In this document: piece after piece, positions 19,798 through 28,477 of the stretch
Layout: each line of letters opens with the position of its first letter
Position numbering within the stretch: position 1 is the first letter of the stretch
Source of the DNA: a virus
Taxonomy: Duplodnaviria > Caudoviricetes
DNA: 53,415 bases
Virus record (IMG/VR): IMGVR_UViG_3300032087_000658
Location: 1 to 53,415 of that record
Direction: 5' to 3' (one strand)
Notes under the pieces: model-generated
Databases searched by the model: none
Seen by the model: only the letters and a program-made list of their open reading frames with translations
Told to the model about the DNA's origin: nothing
Position numbers and translations under genes: made by a program

Positions 19798-21491
19798 AAA
19801 TCATTCCAATTAATCTCATCATCAAAACTTGGTTCTTTAAATATTCTTTTCTTTACATCATATACAAATTTTGCTTCACCAATACTTCCATATAAACCTT
19901 GTTCTCTTATTTTTCTTGTTATTATAGAAACACTATCATCATCAAAATCTCTATGCACTGTTACTACAGCATCACTTTGATTATGCCAATGACTAGCACC
20001 TGCAATATCGTAAGCTGTTGGCGGTGAATAACCACCACTATTATCTTTTTGCATTTTTGTAGGGTGTGCTACAACCCATACTGTTGCATCATGATTTCTA
20101 GCAAACTTTTTACAATGTGAAATAAAATCTCTTATATGCTCATCTTCTCTTTGATTGCCACGTCTTATTGCTGATACTTCATTAAATGGGTCAATGACTA
20201 TGCCGTTGATACCAAACTTTGCACATGATTGTGATGCAATATCTAAAATCTTTTCTATGTTAGGTATATGTTCTCTAGTTTCTATAAAATAAAAATGCTC
20301 ATGAATCCAATCTAGTGAAGCATGTAATTCTCCTGTATCCATTCTTGTTGAGAAACCTTTATCAAATGGTTTTTCTGCAACTATTTGCAGCAATCTTCTA
20401 ATATGCATTTTGGTTGAATGTTCAGGTGAAAATAGTGCAAATTTCCAATCATGTTGTTTTGCAATTCGTACAAGTATTTGGTCTAAAAATGTACTCTTGC
20501 CATGATTTGGTATACCAGTCCAAACATGAAAAGTACCTTTTTGCACTTTATATAATTTGTCTAAATTTGTATATCCTATTTCTAATGGCTTGTCATAGTT
20601 GCCATTATAGAGATCAATAACATCTTTTGTATAATTATTAACTGAGTACAAACCATCTACAGGCAGCGGTCTTGCTCTATCAACAAGTGTCTTCAAAGTT
20701 TTTGCACCATGTTTTACTAAAACATCATTTGCATCTTTGCAATCTTTTGGAGTTTGTACTACCCAACATAATTTTTTGCCATAACGATGTACTAGCTCTT
20801 TATTAAGATTTTCACCAGCACCATCACTATCAACAAACAATATTATTTTTTTTGCTTTTAATGGGTGTGTTTGTAAGCAGCTAAATCTTTTATCACTTTC
20901 TTTATACGCAACTGTAGGTGGAGCACCATCAGGCAGTGTTGTTACATTTTTAAATCCTACTTCCCACAAACTTAATACGTCTATTTCACCTTCTACAAAA
21001 ATCACAGTGTGTGCATCTTTTACGTGGTGATAGTTATATAAACTTTTTTTTGCGTTTGGTGTCTGTTTAAATTGTTTATCAACAGTTCTATACTTTATGT
21101 TGTCACATCTGTTATTAAAACCATTGTATGGAAAACCAATCCACTTATTATCTTTGCAAAAAATATTGAAAGCTTGATATGTTTCTCTACTTATTGATCT
21201 CTGACGAAAATAATTGTCTAAATAGTTATTTGCACTTGCATCATAATTTACTACTTTTTGAACTACTTTTTTCACAGGCTTTGATTGTAACCCATTTTGT
21301 CTCACAGAGCCACTAAAATTACAGTGATGACATAACCACAGTGCAGTATTGTTTTCAATTGTAAGTGATAATGGTCTATCTTTTGGATTATGTGGTGGCT
21401 GACATTGTGGACATTTTATTTTATGTGAGCCTTCATGCAAATTTTGTGCATCTATATTATGTTCATCTTTCAATTTAACCTGCAAGTTCAT
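19794..21491 (-). CDS. Primase-helicase (T7 gp4 / Twinkle-like)
   Basis: Zn finger CPQC...CHHC; TOPRIM VEGEID, DSDGAG, KDAND; SF4 helicase TGIPNHGKS, VIDP, VAHP. Confidence 0.95.
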   Translation of the reverse strand: MNLQVKLKDEHNIDAQNLHEGSHKIKCPQCQPPHNPKDRPLSLTIENNTALWLCHHCNFSGSVRQNGLQSKPVKKVVQKVVNYDASANNYLDNYFRQRSISRETYQAFNIFCKDNKWIGFPYNGFNNRCDNIKYRTVDKQFKQTPNAKKSLYNYHHVKDAHTVIFVEGEIDVLSLWEVGFKNVTTLPDGAPPTVAYKESDKRFSCLQTHPLKAKKIILFVDSDGAGENLNKELVHRYGKKLCWVVQTPKDCKDANDVLVKHGAKTLKTLVDRARPLPVDGLYSVNNYTKDVIDLYNGNYDKPLEIGYTNLDKLYKVQKGTFHVWTGIPNHGKSTFLDQILVRIAKQHDWKFALFSPEHSTKMHIRRLLQIVAEKPFDKGFSTRMDTGELHASLDWIHEHFYFIETREHIPNIEKILDIASQSCAKFGINGIVIDPFNEVSAIRRGNQREDEHIRDFISHCKKFARNHDATVWVVAHPTKMQKDNSGGYSPPTAYDIAGASHWHNQSDAVVTVHRDFDDDSVSIITRKIREQGLYGSIGEAKFVYDVKKRIFKEPSFDDEINWNDL

Positions 21492-21822
21492 TTTTACTCC
21501 TTTTTGTTTTCTTCTTTTGTATGTCTTTAGTATAGGTGGTAGCTGGTGTCCTAAGTGTTAGGACGTTGGTGTCCACACTTAAAAAATACCTGTTACTTGT
21601 ACCTTTTCTATGTTGTATACGCAGCTTATTATTTTCTTCTAACCATGTTAAACATCTGCGAACTTGTCTATCAGATATGCCACAAATTTTTGCTAAATGT
21701 TTTTCACTTGGAAAACAACTGTGTTGTTCGTCTGCGTAATTAGAAAGTATAAAAAGAACCAGTTTTGTACTTGGCGTATTACAATCTTGTTTTTTACACC
21801 ATCCAAGGGCTTCTATACTCAT
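21475..21822 (-). CDS. Short wHTH replication-initiator-like protein
   Basis: KLVLFILSNYADE, CFPSEKHLAKICGISDRQVRRCL, SNRY pattern of phage initiator N-termini. Confidence 0.8.
   Translation of the reverse strand: MSIEALGWCKKQDCNTPSTKLVLFILSNYADEQHSCFPSEKHLAKICGISDRQVRRCLTWLEENNKLRIQHRKGTSNRYFLSVDTNVLTLRTPATTYTKDIQKKKTKRSKNELAG
21544..21574. repeat. Iteron-like direct and inverted repeats (candidate replication origin)
   Basis: TGGTGTCC at 21544 and 21567; GTCCTAA-GTG-TTAGGAC inverted repeat; T-rich tract adjacent. Confidence 0.45.
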
Positions 21823-21846
21823 AGCCCATAATGTACTTGCTATTAA

Positions 21847-22056
21847 TTAGGATTGCAAGTTATAAAAATCATTTGGTGTTACTTTGCCTTTAGAGATCTT
21901 ATAAATTTGTTCCATCTCATCTTTTCTGGGTATACGAACACCCCTACACCATTTTGCTAATGCATGTATTGTAAAAGTACTACCATTTTTATTTGCTAGT
22001 TTTATAAATGATTCATGAGTATGACCATTATCTTTTAACCATGTTCCTAACTTCAT
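21847..22056 (-). CDS. Cro-like HTH regulator
   Basis: MKLGTWL...KWCRGVRIP...GKVTPNDFY pattern; first gene of a divergent operon. Confidence 0.8.
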   Translation of the reverse strand: MKLGTWLKDNGHTHESFIKLANKNGSTFTIHALAKWCRGVRIPRKDEMEQIYKISKGKVTPNDFYNLQS

Positions 22057-22062
22057 AAGATT

Positions 22063-22108
22063 ATTCTATCAGATATTTCTTGCATATGCACCCATTTTGT
22101 CTTATCAT
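22063..22108. promoter_or_regulatory. Overlapping divergent promoters centred on palindrome TGCATATGCA
   Basis: Plus: TTGCAT-17-TATCAT; minus: GTGCAT-17-TAGAAT with TGn extension, 6 nt before the cro-like ATG. Confidence 0.65.
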
Positions 22109-22141
22109 CACTATATTAATTTGAACATAATTTGGAATAAT

Positions 22142-22915
22142 ATGAATAATAATCCTTTTGAACAACATGGCATTACTTATCTTAGTGCTACTTCTATAAA
22201 TGAATTTATAACTAATCCAGCAAGATGGATTTTGCATGTAAGTGGATTTCGTGACGCTTTTGGTTCACCTGCTATGTGGCGTGGCTCAGCAGTTGATGAT
22301 GCTATTTGTAAAGGTATATATAATGACCAATCAATAAAAAAATTACAAAAGTTTGCTTTAGATGTTTTTGATAACAAGTTATTAGAAGCACAAGAAGAGA
22401 ACATTCCATTTGATATAAACAAAGTAAGCAAAGAAAGAGACTTAATAAACACTTATGTAGATATAGCTATTCCACACTTTAGAAGTTTGGGTGAGCCTAT
22501 AGCTACACAAAAAAGAATCAAGCTGGAGTTTGACTGGTTGCCTGTTCCTATAATAGGTTACCTTGATCTCCAGTATGAAGGGGTGGTTCGCGATATAAAA
22601 ACTGTCAATAGGTTGCCAAGCAAAATGCTAGATACAACCAGTAGACAACTTGCTATATATGCTGCTGCCGAAGAATGTGTGCCTATCATTGATTATGTAT
22701 ATGTTACTACTACTAAACAAGAAATTGTTACAACACCAGTAGCACATGTTGATAAGTACTTAAATGAAGTAAAAAGAGCAGCCAACAATATGATGAATGT
22801 TCTTTCTTACAGTAATGATATAAATGTTGTTGCTGATTTATTTTTTCCAAACTTAGATGATTGGAAATGGTCTAATGCAGAAAAAGAAGCAGCAAAAAAA
22901 CTATGGAGAATATAA
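22142..22915 (+). CDS. PD-(D/E)XK exonuclease (RecB/Cas4-like phage family)
   Basis: LSATSI, IIGYLDL, DIKT, RQLAIY motifs. Confidence 0.88.
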   Translation: MNNNPFEQHGITYLSATSINEFITNPARWILHVSGFRDAFGSPAMWRGSAVDDAICKGIYNDQSIKKLQKFALDVFDNKLLEAQEENIPFDINKVSKERDLINTYVDIAIPHFRSLGEPIATQKRIKLEFDWLPVPIIGYLDLQYEGVVRDIKTVNRLPSKMLDTTSRQLAIYAAAEECVPIIDYVYVTTTKQEIVTTPVAHVDKYLNEVKRAANNMMNVLSYSNDINVVADLFFPNLDDWKWSNAEKEAAKKLWRI

Positions 22916-23565
22916 TGAGTAAATTGAATGAAGCAATAAGTGAAATAGCAAATCTTCCTAATTCAGATAAAGTTAATATAAAGGGTAAGTTCTACACAAC
23001 TGTAGATACTAGGGTTCATGCTTTTAGAAAACATGTAGGAGAAGATGCACAAATAACAACAGAGGTCATACACCATGATGATACAAGAGTGGTCGTTAAA
23101 GCCACTGTAAGCGTGTGTGTTGATGGGGAATTAAGAGTATTAGGCAATGACTATGCTGAAGAATATAGAGCAGCTGGTATGGTTAATAAAACATCAGCAC
23201 TAGAAAATTGTTGTACAAGTGCTATTGGTCGTGCATTGGCATGTTGTGGATTGGGTGGCGGTGAGTATGCAAGTGCGTTTGAAGTTGATAATGCAATCAA
23301 TAATAAAGCAGAAGCACCAAAAGCTAAAGAAAAAACAAAGGGTAAATATAAAATAGAATCTGACAATAAAGCTGTTGTTATAAATACTGATGATGAAGAA
23401 AAGTATTTACATCATTTAAGAACTTTTTTAGCAGACCCAACAAGTGATGAATGTAAAAGAATTTTTAAACTTAATAAAGAAACAATAGTAAAAGCACAAA
23501 TAGCATCTACAAATAGTACAAAAGATGCGTATGACAAATTATTAGAGATTTACAATGAAGCCTAA
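22915..23565 (+). CDS. Putative single-strand annealing protein
   Basis: KGKFYTTVDTRV, ALENCCTSAIGRALA motifs; lies between exonuclease and SSB-like gene. Confidence 0.65.
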   Translation: MSKLNEAISEIANLPNSDKVNIKGKFYTTVDTRVHAFRKHVGEDAQITTEVIHHDDTRVVVKATVSVCVDGELRVLGNDYAEEYRAAGMVNKTSALENCCTSAIGRALACCGLGGGEYASAFEVDNAINNKAEAPKAKEKTKGKYKIESDNKAVVINTDDEEKYLHHLRTFLADPTSDECKRIFKLNKETIVKAQIASTNSTKDAYDKLLEIYNEA

Positions 23566-23815
23566 TTGTTTAGATGATTATGTTTTCGTATGTATGCGAA
23601 ATGGTAAATGGTGGACTTTTTGGGAATTACAACAAGTCATAAAAGAAAAAACAGGTAGATTTTATGGTGAGCCAACTATCAGTGCAGCTATAAGAAATTT
23701 AAGAAAAGATTATGCTAGAGCAAAATACAATCTACCATCATGTGATGAAGTTGTAGAAAAGAAAAGGCTTTGGAATAGTAATGGTTGGAAATATAGATTA
23801 ATAATTAAGGAGTAA
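23555..23815 (+). CDS. Small winged-helix-like protein
   Basis: WWTFWEL...TISAAIRNLRK...WKYRL. Confidence 0.6.
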   Translation: MKPNCLDDYVFVCMRNGKWWTFWELQQVIKEKTGRFYGEPTISAAIRNLRKDYARAKYNLPSCDEVVEKKRLWNSNGWKYRLIIKE

Positions 23816-23817
23816 AA

Positions 23818-24171
23818 ATGGAATATGATAATAATTTAACTGGTGCTTTGTTCAATGAAACAAAATCAGAGGTAATTAAGCGTGGCAACTTTATGATAAA
23901 TGGTGTCAAAAGATATGGTGTTCTTATAAAAAGTGAGAATGATAAAGGGCAAGAAAAGTTTGAACTTATGATAAGTGCTGGTCTTGTATATCATCATGAT
24001 GAATCAGAAAAGAAATCACCAAAAAGTCCTGACGTAAGTGGTCGCGTTTATTTTGATGAAATGACATATAAATTTGGTGCATGGAATAAAATAGGGCATG
24101 ATAGTGGTAATGAATTTTTAAGTTGCTCATTTATGCCAGTACTAGATGAAGAAAACAAAGCACCCTTTTAG
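23818..24171 (+). CDS. Putative ssDNA-binding protein
   Basis: MEYDNNLTGALF, SPDVSG, GAW motifs; acidic tail ending in PF. Confidence 0.6.
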   Translation: MEYDNNLTGALFNETKSEVIKRGNFMINGVKRYGVLIKSENDKGQEKFELMISAGLVYHHDESEKKSPKSPDVSGRVYFDEMTYKFGAWNKIGHDSGNEFLSCSFMPVLDEENKAPF

Positions 24172-24493
24172 AGATCAAAAACATCTTTCTTATGTCAGAA
24201 CCTTGCCTTGCACTATTTGTAAGGCAGGATTTATTTCCCATCACAAAACAGTACAAGCACATCATTTATTGAAACCTTGGGTCGGTACAAGAGGTATGTC
24301 ATTAAAAGCTGATGATAGAAATGTAATACCTTTATGTTTACATCACCATCATTTACTACATTCAAAATTTGGTTCAGAAAAAGCAATGTTTGAGAACTAT
24401 GGAATGAGTGCTGACTTTGGAAAACAATACGCACAACAATTGTGGGAACAAAAATCATCATATGAAGATATTGATGATGAACTACCCTTCTAA
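24146..24493 (+). CDS. HNH-like Zn-binding nuclease (DUF968/Ref-like)
   Basis: VRTLPCTIC, AHHL, GMSLKADD, IPLCxxHH motifs. Confidence 0.8.
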   Translation: MKKTKHPFRDQKHLSYVRTLPCTICKAGFISHHKTVQAHHLLKPWVGTRGMSLKADDRNVIPLCLHHHHLLHSKFGSEKAMFENYGMSADFGKQYAQQLWEQKSSYEDIDDELPF

Positions 24494-24510
24494 AAAAACT
24501 TAAATTAATT

Positions 24511-24551
24511 GTACAATATGGGTTGTTTATTTTTGTAAACAATGTATAATT
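24511..24551 (+). promoter_or_regulatory. Early promoter with operator-like inverted repeat
   Basis: GGGTTGTTTATT...TATAAT; TTGTTTA-N6-TAAACAA; near copy at 31637-31677. Confidence 0.75.
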
Positions 24552-24595
24552 TTTATATGAACACAAAAAATGTTAATACTTTGAAAGGAGAAAAT

Positions 24596-24853
24596 ATGAA
24601 TATTACATTTAATACAGAAGCAACAACTGATGAAATGGTTGCACAAGTACTACCAGCATTATTAGATGCAATAAAAGAGAGTGCCTTTGTAAATGGTTAC
24701 AAAGCTACTGATGAAGAAGCACTTGGTCTTGTTGTTAGTAAGTTCACTAAATGGAATGCTGGTGCAATTCTTGCGGTAGCATCAGAAGCATTAGAAGATG
24801 CAAACTTTGATAGCCTTGCAAGTTCTGTTGATTCTTTACAAGGGGTAAAGTAA
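24596..24853 (+). CDS. Hypothetical protein
   Basis: ATG after AAAGGAG; first gene behind the promoter. Confidence 0.75.
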   Translation: MNITFNTEATTDEMVAQVLPALLDAIKESAFVNGYKATDEEALGLVVSKFTKWNAGAILAVASEALEDANFDSLASSVDSLQGVK

Positions 24854-25101
24854 TGGAGATCAAAATAGATAAAAATATTCCTTTACCATCAGCTAACAGA
24901 GGTAGACAACGTAAAGTTCAAAAATATGATGAGCCTTTATTTTCATTAGAAATTGGTGATAGTTTTCAAGTAACTGGTAAACAAGAATGCATAAATTTAA
25001 GAAACTGTGTGCAATATCACAGAACACATTTTGATAAAGATTATGCAACAAGGTCTATACCAAATGCAGAATATACTATTAGAGTGTGGAGAACAAAATG
25101 A
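24853..25101 (+). CDS. Small putative DNA-binding protein (IDKNIPLP...GDSF...IRVWR family)
   Basis: Recurrent small phage protein pattern; TAATG coupling. Confidence 0.7.
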   Translation: MEIKIDKNIPLPSANRGRQRKVQKYDEPLFSLEIGDSFQVTGKQECINLRNCVQYHRTHFDKDYATRSIPNAEYTIRVWRTK

Positions 25102-25298
25102 GTAAATCTAGCATAGTAACCGCACTTACATTATCTAACATCAAACACAACATGATTGAATTTATAAAAGAGTATGGCTATCAAGAAGCTGATAATAAAT
25201 TAGCAAGTCTTTATGGCAAACAATATATAGAAAACAGAGAAGAGTTATATCAGTGGTATGACTTTGAAATTAGTGGAGAGTGTGACAATGTCAAATAA
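25098..25298 (+). CDS. Hypothetical protein
   Basis: GGAG SD; ATGA overlap. Confidence 0.65.
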   Translation: MSKSSIVTALTLSNIKHNMIEFIKEYGYQEADNKLASLYGKQYIENREELYQWYDFEISGECDNVK

Positions 25299-25476
25299 TA
25301 AAGCAGAAACATTTGCAATGGCTGATTATCAATACAAAATAAATCTTTCAGATAAGGGTTTTTCATATAGCCACCCTGTTGAATCTGAAAGTTCTGAATA
25401 TAAAAACTTTTGGGTGTTACGTGATAACTTCGGTTTCATAGCAGCTGTAGATAAAAAAACAGGAGAAATTTTATGA
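25288..25476 (+). CDS. Hypothetical protein
   Basis: GGAG SD; tiles with the operon. Confidence 0.65.
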   Translation: MSNNKAETFAMADYQYKINLSDKGFSYSHPVESESSEYKNFWVLRDNFGFIAAVDKKTGEIL

Positions 25477-25634
25477 AAAGACATGTATATGTTTTTAATG
25501 TTATAAATGAGTTATCTAAAAAATATGACCTTGATTTAAGGAATATGAGATTGCCTCATATAAAAAAACAAATTAGCAAACAAGACTGGAATAGATTACA
25601 TCATGCAGTCAAATTTGGAAAAGAGGTTCATTAA
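25473..25634 (+). CDS. 53-aa hypothetical protein absent from the ORF track (MKRHVYVFNV...KFGKEVH)
   Basis: Hand-translated; AGGAG SD; ATGA and TAATG overlaps fill the gap exactly. Confidence 0.7.
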   Translation: MKRHVYVFNVINELSKKYDLDLRNMRLPHIKKQISKQDWNRLHHAVKFGKEVH

Positions 25635-26194
25635 TGAAATCTTTAAATATTAAATTAGAAAAAAACATCATGATGCCAAATAAATTTGGTGCAGATGTAC
25701 ATACATTTGACCAAGAGACCATTGACGCATTGAGAAATATGGAGGTTGGTGATTCTTTTGTAGTTAAAAAATATGGCGATGTTTCTAAAATTAGAAATAT
25801 TTGCAAATACAAATTAAAAAAAGTTGTTTCATCAAGAAAGCAATTCATTGGTAAAACTAAAAATGATGGGCATGTGTTTAGAGTTTGGTGTACAAAAATA
25901 CTATCAGATGATGAACATCAAAAAGCATTAGCTAAATATCAAGAACAATTTACAAGTAAAAAATTAAACACTGCTGGTATCTTGGCAAAACATCAGACAT
26001 CAGATAAAAAATCTACAATAAATCATAATGATTATAGAGCAAAAATAGATAATGTAATTCTTGCTTTAGCAGAATATAAAGAAGAAAACAGAATGATTGT
26101 AGAAGACATTGACTATATAAAAAAAATACTTACTCAAGAACTTGGCTATACACATGAAAAAGCATCTTTAAGCACAGGAGAAAACAATGATTGA
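25634..26194 (+). CDS. Hypothetical protein; N-terminal domain resembles 24853..25101, followed by a coiled coil
   Basis: IKLEKNIMMP...MEVGDSF...FRVWC. Confidence 0.7.
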   Translation: MKSLNIKLEKNIMMPNKFGADVHTFDQETIDALRNMEVGDSFVVKKYGDVSKIRNICKYKLKKVVSSRKQFIGKTKNDGHVFRVWCTKILSDDEHQKALAKYQEQFTSKKLNTAGILAKHQTSDKKSTINHNDYRAKIDNVILALAEYKEENRMIVEDIDYIKKILTQELGYTHEKASLSTGENND

Positions 26195-26579
26195 AGAAAT
26201 GAGAATGAAGAATGTATATAAGATAGAATTAAGGTCAGCAGATGGTATGTCATACGAAAGACTTTGTAAGTGGTTAAAAAGCAAACATGTTCCAATGAGT
26301 CCAGTAAGAGGAAAAATGGATACTTACTGGGTCAATAAATATGTGCAAATAGAAACTGGTCATGATTGTTTTTATGTTGGTGCTAATGGTGATTTAAGAG
26401 CATGGGAAGCAGCAAATCTCATATTTAAAGATGCGGTTGTTTCCGAATATCCTTTTTCAAATTTTAGACATGTAAAAATTGATATTAATAATCAATACAA
26501 TGATGATGGTTTAAGTGGTACAAGAATCACATATGCTAAAGATATTTTAAAAAGCAAAAGGAATAAAGCATCATGTTAG
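26187..26579 (+). CDS. Hypothetical protein
   Basis: AGGAG SD; tiles with the operon. Confidence 0.7.
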   Translation: MIEEMRMKNVYKIELRSADGMSYERLCKWLKSKHVPMSPVRGKMDTYWVNKYVQIETGHDCFYVGANGDLRAWEAANLIFKDAVVSEYPFSNFRHVKIDINNQYNDDGLSGTRITYAKDILKSKRNKASC

Positions 26580-26773
26580 AAAAATATAAAGTCAAAACTT
26601 GCCTAGAAAGCAATCCTAAATTTTGGCATTCTTTTTTAGTTTGGTATAACCAATGGAACGGTGCAAAATTAAATCCTACAGAATGGACAGAAATAGAATG
26701 TAATGACTTTTTAAATGAATGGCATCACATTGTATTAGATAGATATAACATTGATTATAAGGAGAATTTATGA
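26573..26773 (+). CDS. Hypothetical Trp-rich protein
   Basis: Tiles with the operon. Confidence 0.6.
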   Translation: MLEKYKVKTCLESNPKFWHSFLVWYNQWNGAKLNPTEWTEIECNDFLNEWHHIVLDRYNIDYKENL

Positions 26774-26976
26774 GTGGTCTAGAATTATATGAATTAAGAA
26801 AAGAACTTGGTATAACACAAAGTGATTTAGCAAAACATCTTGGATATTATAGCAATGGTATTCCAAACAGAAGCATGATTGCTAGGTTTGAAAATGGACA
26901 TGCATCTATAAATTCTAGAATTGCAATGTTAATTAATCAATATGCAAAAGAATGCAAGGAGATAGCAGATGCATAA
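26770..26976 (+). CDS. XRE-family HTH protein
   Basis: LRKELGITQSDLAKHLG...IARFENG. Confidence 0.88.
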   Translation: MSGLELYELRKELGITQSDLAKHLGYYSNGIPNRSMIARFENGHASINSRIAMLINQYAKECKEIADA

Positions 26977-27382
26977 TGGAATGAGTACAAAGTATTTAAT
27001 AGACGTAGTTGTTATTGACCCATACAAAAAAGAACTTTCATGGCAAACAATTGATAACAATTATGACCCAAAAAAATTTACAGACATAATGCAATGTAGA
27101 CATTTTGATGTTGTACGACTAGGTGATAATGTCATTATGTATGTTGATGATGAAGGATTATTAAAAAATCCAAATAGTTATTTTTCATTTGTTACTAATG
27201 ATGTTGAAAGTCAAGGATATGCTGGTATAGCTATTCTAGCTACAACTAATAGTGAAGGAGATACATTGTCTTTTGATAAAGATATTGGTGAAGTAAGAAG
27301 TATTTTACACTGGAAACCTGAAGGTTACAGTGAAGAACCATACATGGAGTTTATTCCATTAGATGATATTGTTAAACATTAA
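26969..27382 (+). CDS. DUF3846-like protein
   Basis: IDP...MYVDDEGLL...YAG motifs. Confidence 0.65.
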   Translation: MHNGMSTKYLIDVVVIDPYKKELSWQTIDNNYDPKKFTDIMQCRHFDVVRLGDNVIMYVDDEGLLKNPNSYFSFVTNDVESQGYAGIAILATTNSEGDTLSFDKDIGEVRSILHWKPEGYSEEPYMEFIPLDDIVKH

Positions 27383-27391
27383 GGAAAGCTT

Positions 27392-27553
27392 ATGAACTTT
27401 TTAAAAAAAATTGACAAATTTATAGACAAACAATGGAGACAAACATGTTCTGCAATATTTTATTTATTTAATTGTAGAAAAAATGAAGTAGATATTGATT
27501 GGCTAAATATGCATAATAATATGATACAAAAAAAGGGGGATAAAAATGAATGA
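27392..27553 (+). CDS. 53-aa hypothetical protein absent from the ORF track (MNFLKKIDKF...KGDKNE)
   Basis: Hand-translated; AAGGA SD; overlaps the next gene. Confidence 0.6.
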   Translation: MNFLKKIDKFIDKQWRQTCSAIFYLFNCRKNEVDIDWLNMHNNMIQKKGDKNE

Positions 27554-27728
27554 ATTTTTATATGATGATGAAGCACCATATGATGTTAATTTTCAAAGAT
27601 GGTATGTTGCTAATTGCATAGAAAGAGAAATTTATAAAGAGCCAAAGCTAGACATAGATAATGCTGAAGTAACATTTAGTAAAATGTGGGGCTTTAAAAA
27701 AATAGAAGGTAAAGTTTTTATAAATTAA
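27546..27728 (+). CDS. Hypothetical protein
   Basis: GGGGG SD; last gene of the plus-strand operon. Confidence 0.65.
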   Translation: MNEFLYDDEAPYDVNFQRWYVANCIEREIYKEPKLDIDNAEVTFSKMWGFKKIEGKVFIN

Positions 27729-27732
27729 GTTA

Positions 27733-27780
27733 ATTACAAGGCACTTTACTTTGCATGGTATCTCCTCAGTGTCTTGTAAT
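27733..27780 (+). ncRNA. Long stem-loop between convergent operons (terminator or candidate sRNA)
   Basis: 13-bp stem ATTACAAGGCACT/AGTGTCTTGTAAT with one G-U; 22-nt loop containing CATGGTATCTCCTC. Confidence 0.5.
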
Positions 27781-27805
27781 GAGCAGCATGTGAATTTGGT
27801 TTAGT

Positions 27806-28033
27806 TTATGTGCTGCTCTTTTTTTCAGAAGAATACATTATATTTAACCCAGCTAAAGTGCATAGACGATTTTTTTCATCTAGACCTTTTTCTGTGAGAT
27901 CATAATTTTGTCCATTAACTTTGATGTAACCATCTGTAATTAATGCAGTCAATAAATCACTAGGTATATCATCACCAAACATAACTGTTAATATGCCACC
28001 TAATCTTTTAGTTTGTGTTTTACTTAGTGCCAT
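27806..28033 (-). CDS. Small hypothetical protein, possibly winged helix
   Basis: LITDGYI...YDLTEKG; coupled to the endolysin stop. Confidence 0.65.
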   Translation of the reverse strand: MALSKTQTKRLGGILTVMFGDDIPSDLLTALITDGYIKVNGQNYDLTEKGLDEKNRLCTLAGLNIMYSSEKKSST

Positions 28034-28476
28034 TAAACGTGTTCCCAGTCATTACCCTCAAATAATAATGATTCTGCTAATCTTCTTCTTGTTAATCCTT
28101 CAAGAACTTTGCCACCTGCTTTGTTCCATCGTTTCATCTGATAAGGCACATCTTCATACGCACCTTGATTTAAAACTTTTAACATAGTTGAAGCGTTTAA
28201 ATTTGCACCACCAAGATTAAATGTCCAAGATACTAATGCATCAAACTGGTGTTGATGTAATGGAAGCTTTACTGCTTTATTGACAGCATCTTCATAGACT
28301 ACTAAATCTTCTAGCAATAATTCTTCTGCACGTTCTTGTGATATGGTCATGCCCATTTGTATACCTTTAGTTGAACCATAACCAATGGTAGGTACATTAG
28401 CAGCACATAAATAACTTTCTAATTTGCACCCTTCAAACTTCTTGATAAGTGCGATTCCTTCTTGTGATATCTTCAT
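28033..28476 (-). CDS. Endolysin, GH24 phage lysozyme
   Basis: IKKFEG, TIGYG, QFDALVSWTFNLG, RWNKAGG, GLTRRR; start re-called at MKISQEG after GGAG. Confidence 0.95.
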   Translation of the reverse strand: MKISQEGIALIKKFEGCKLESYLCAANVPTIGYGSTKGIQMGMTISQERAEELLLEDLVVYEDAVNKAVKLPLHQHQFDALVSWTFNLGGANLNASTMLKVLNQGAYEDVPYQMKRWNKAGGKVLEGLTRRRLAESLLFEGNDWEHV

Positions 28477-28477
28477 A

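Noticed and set aside
22142-22915. Cas4-like nuclease as evidence of CRISPR-Cas
   Set aside because: No array or other cas genes; sits in a normal recombination module
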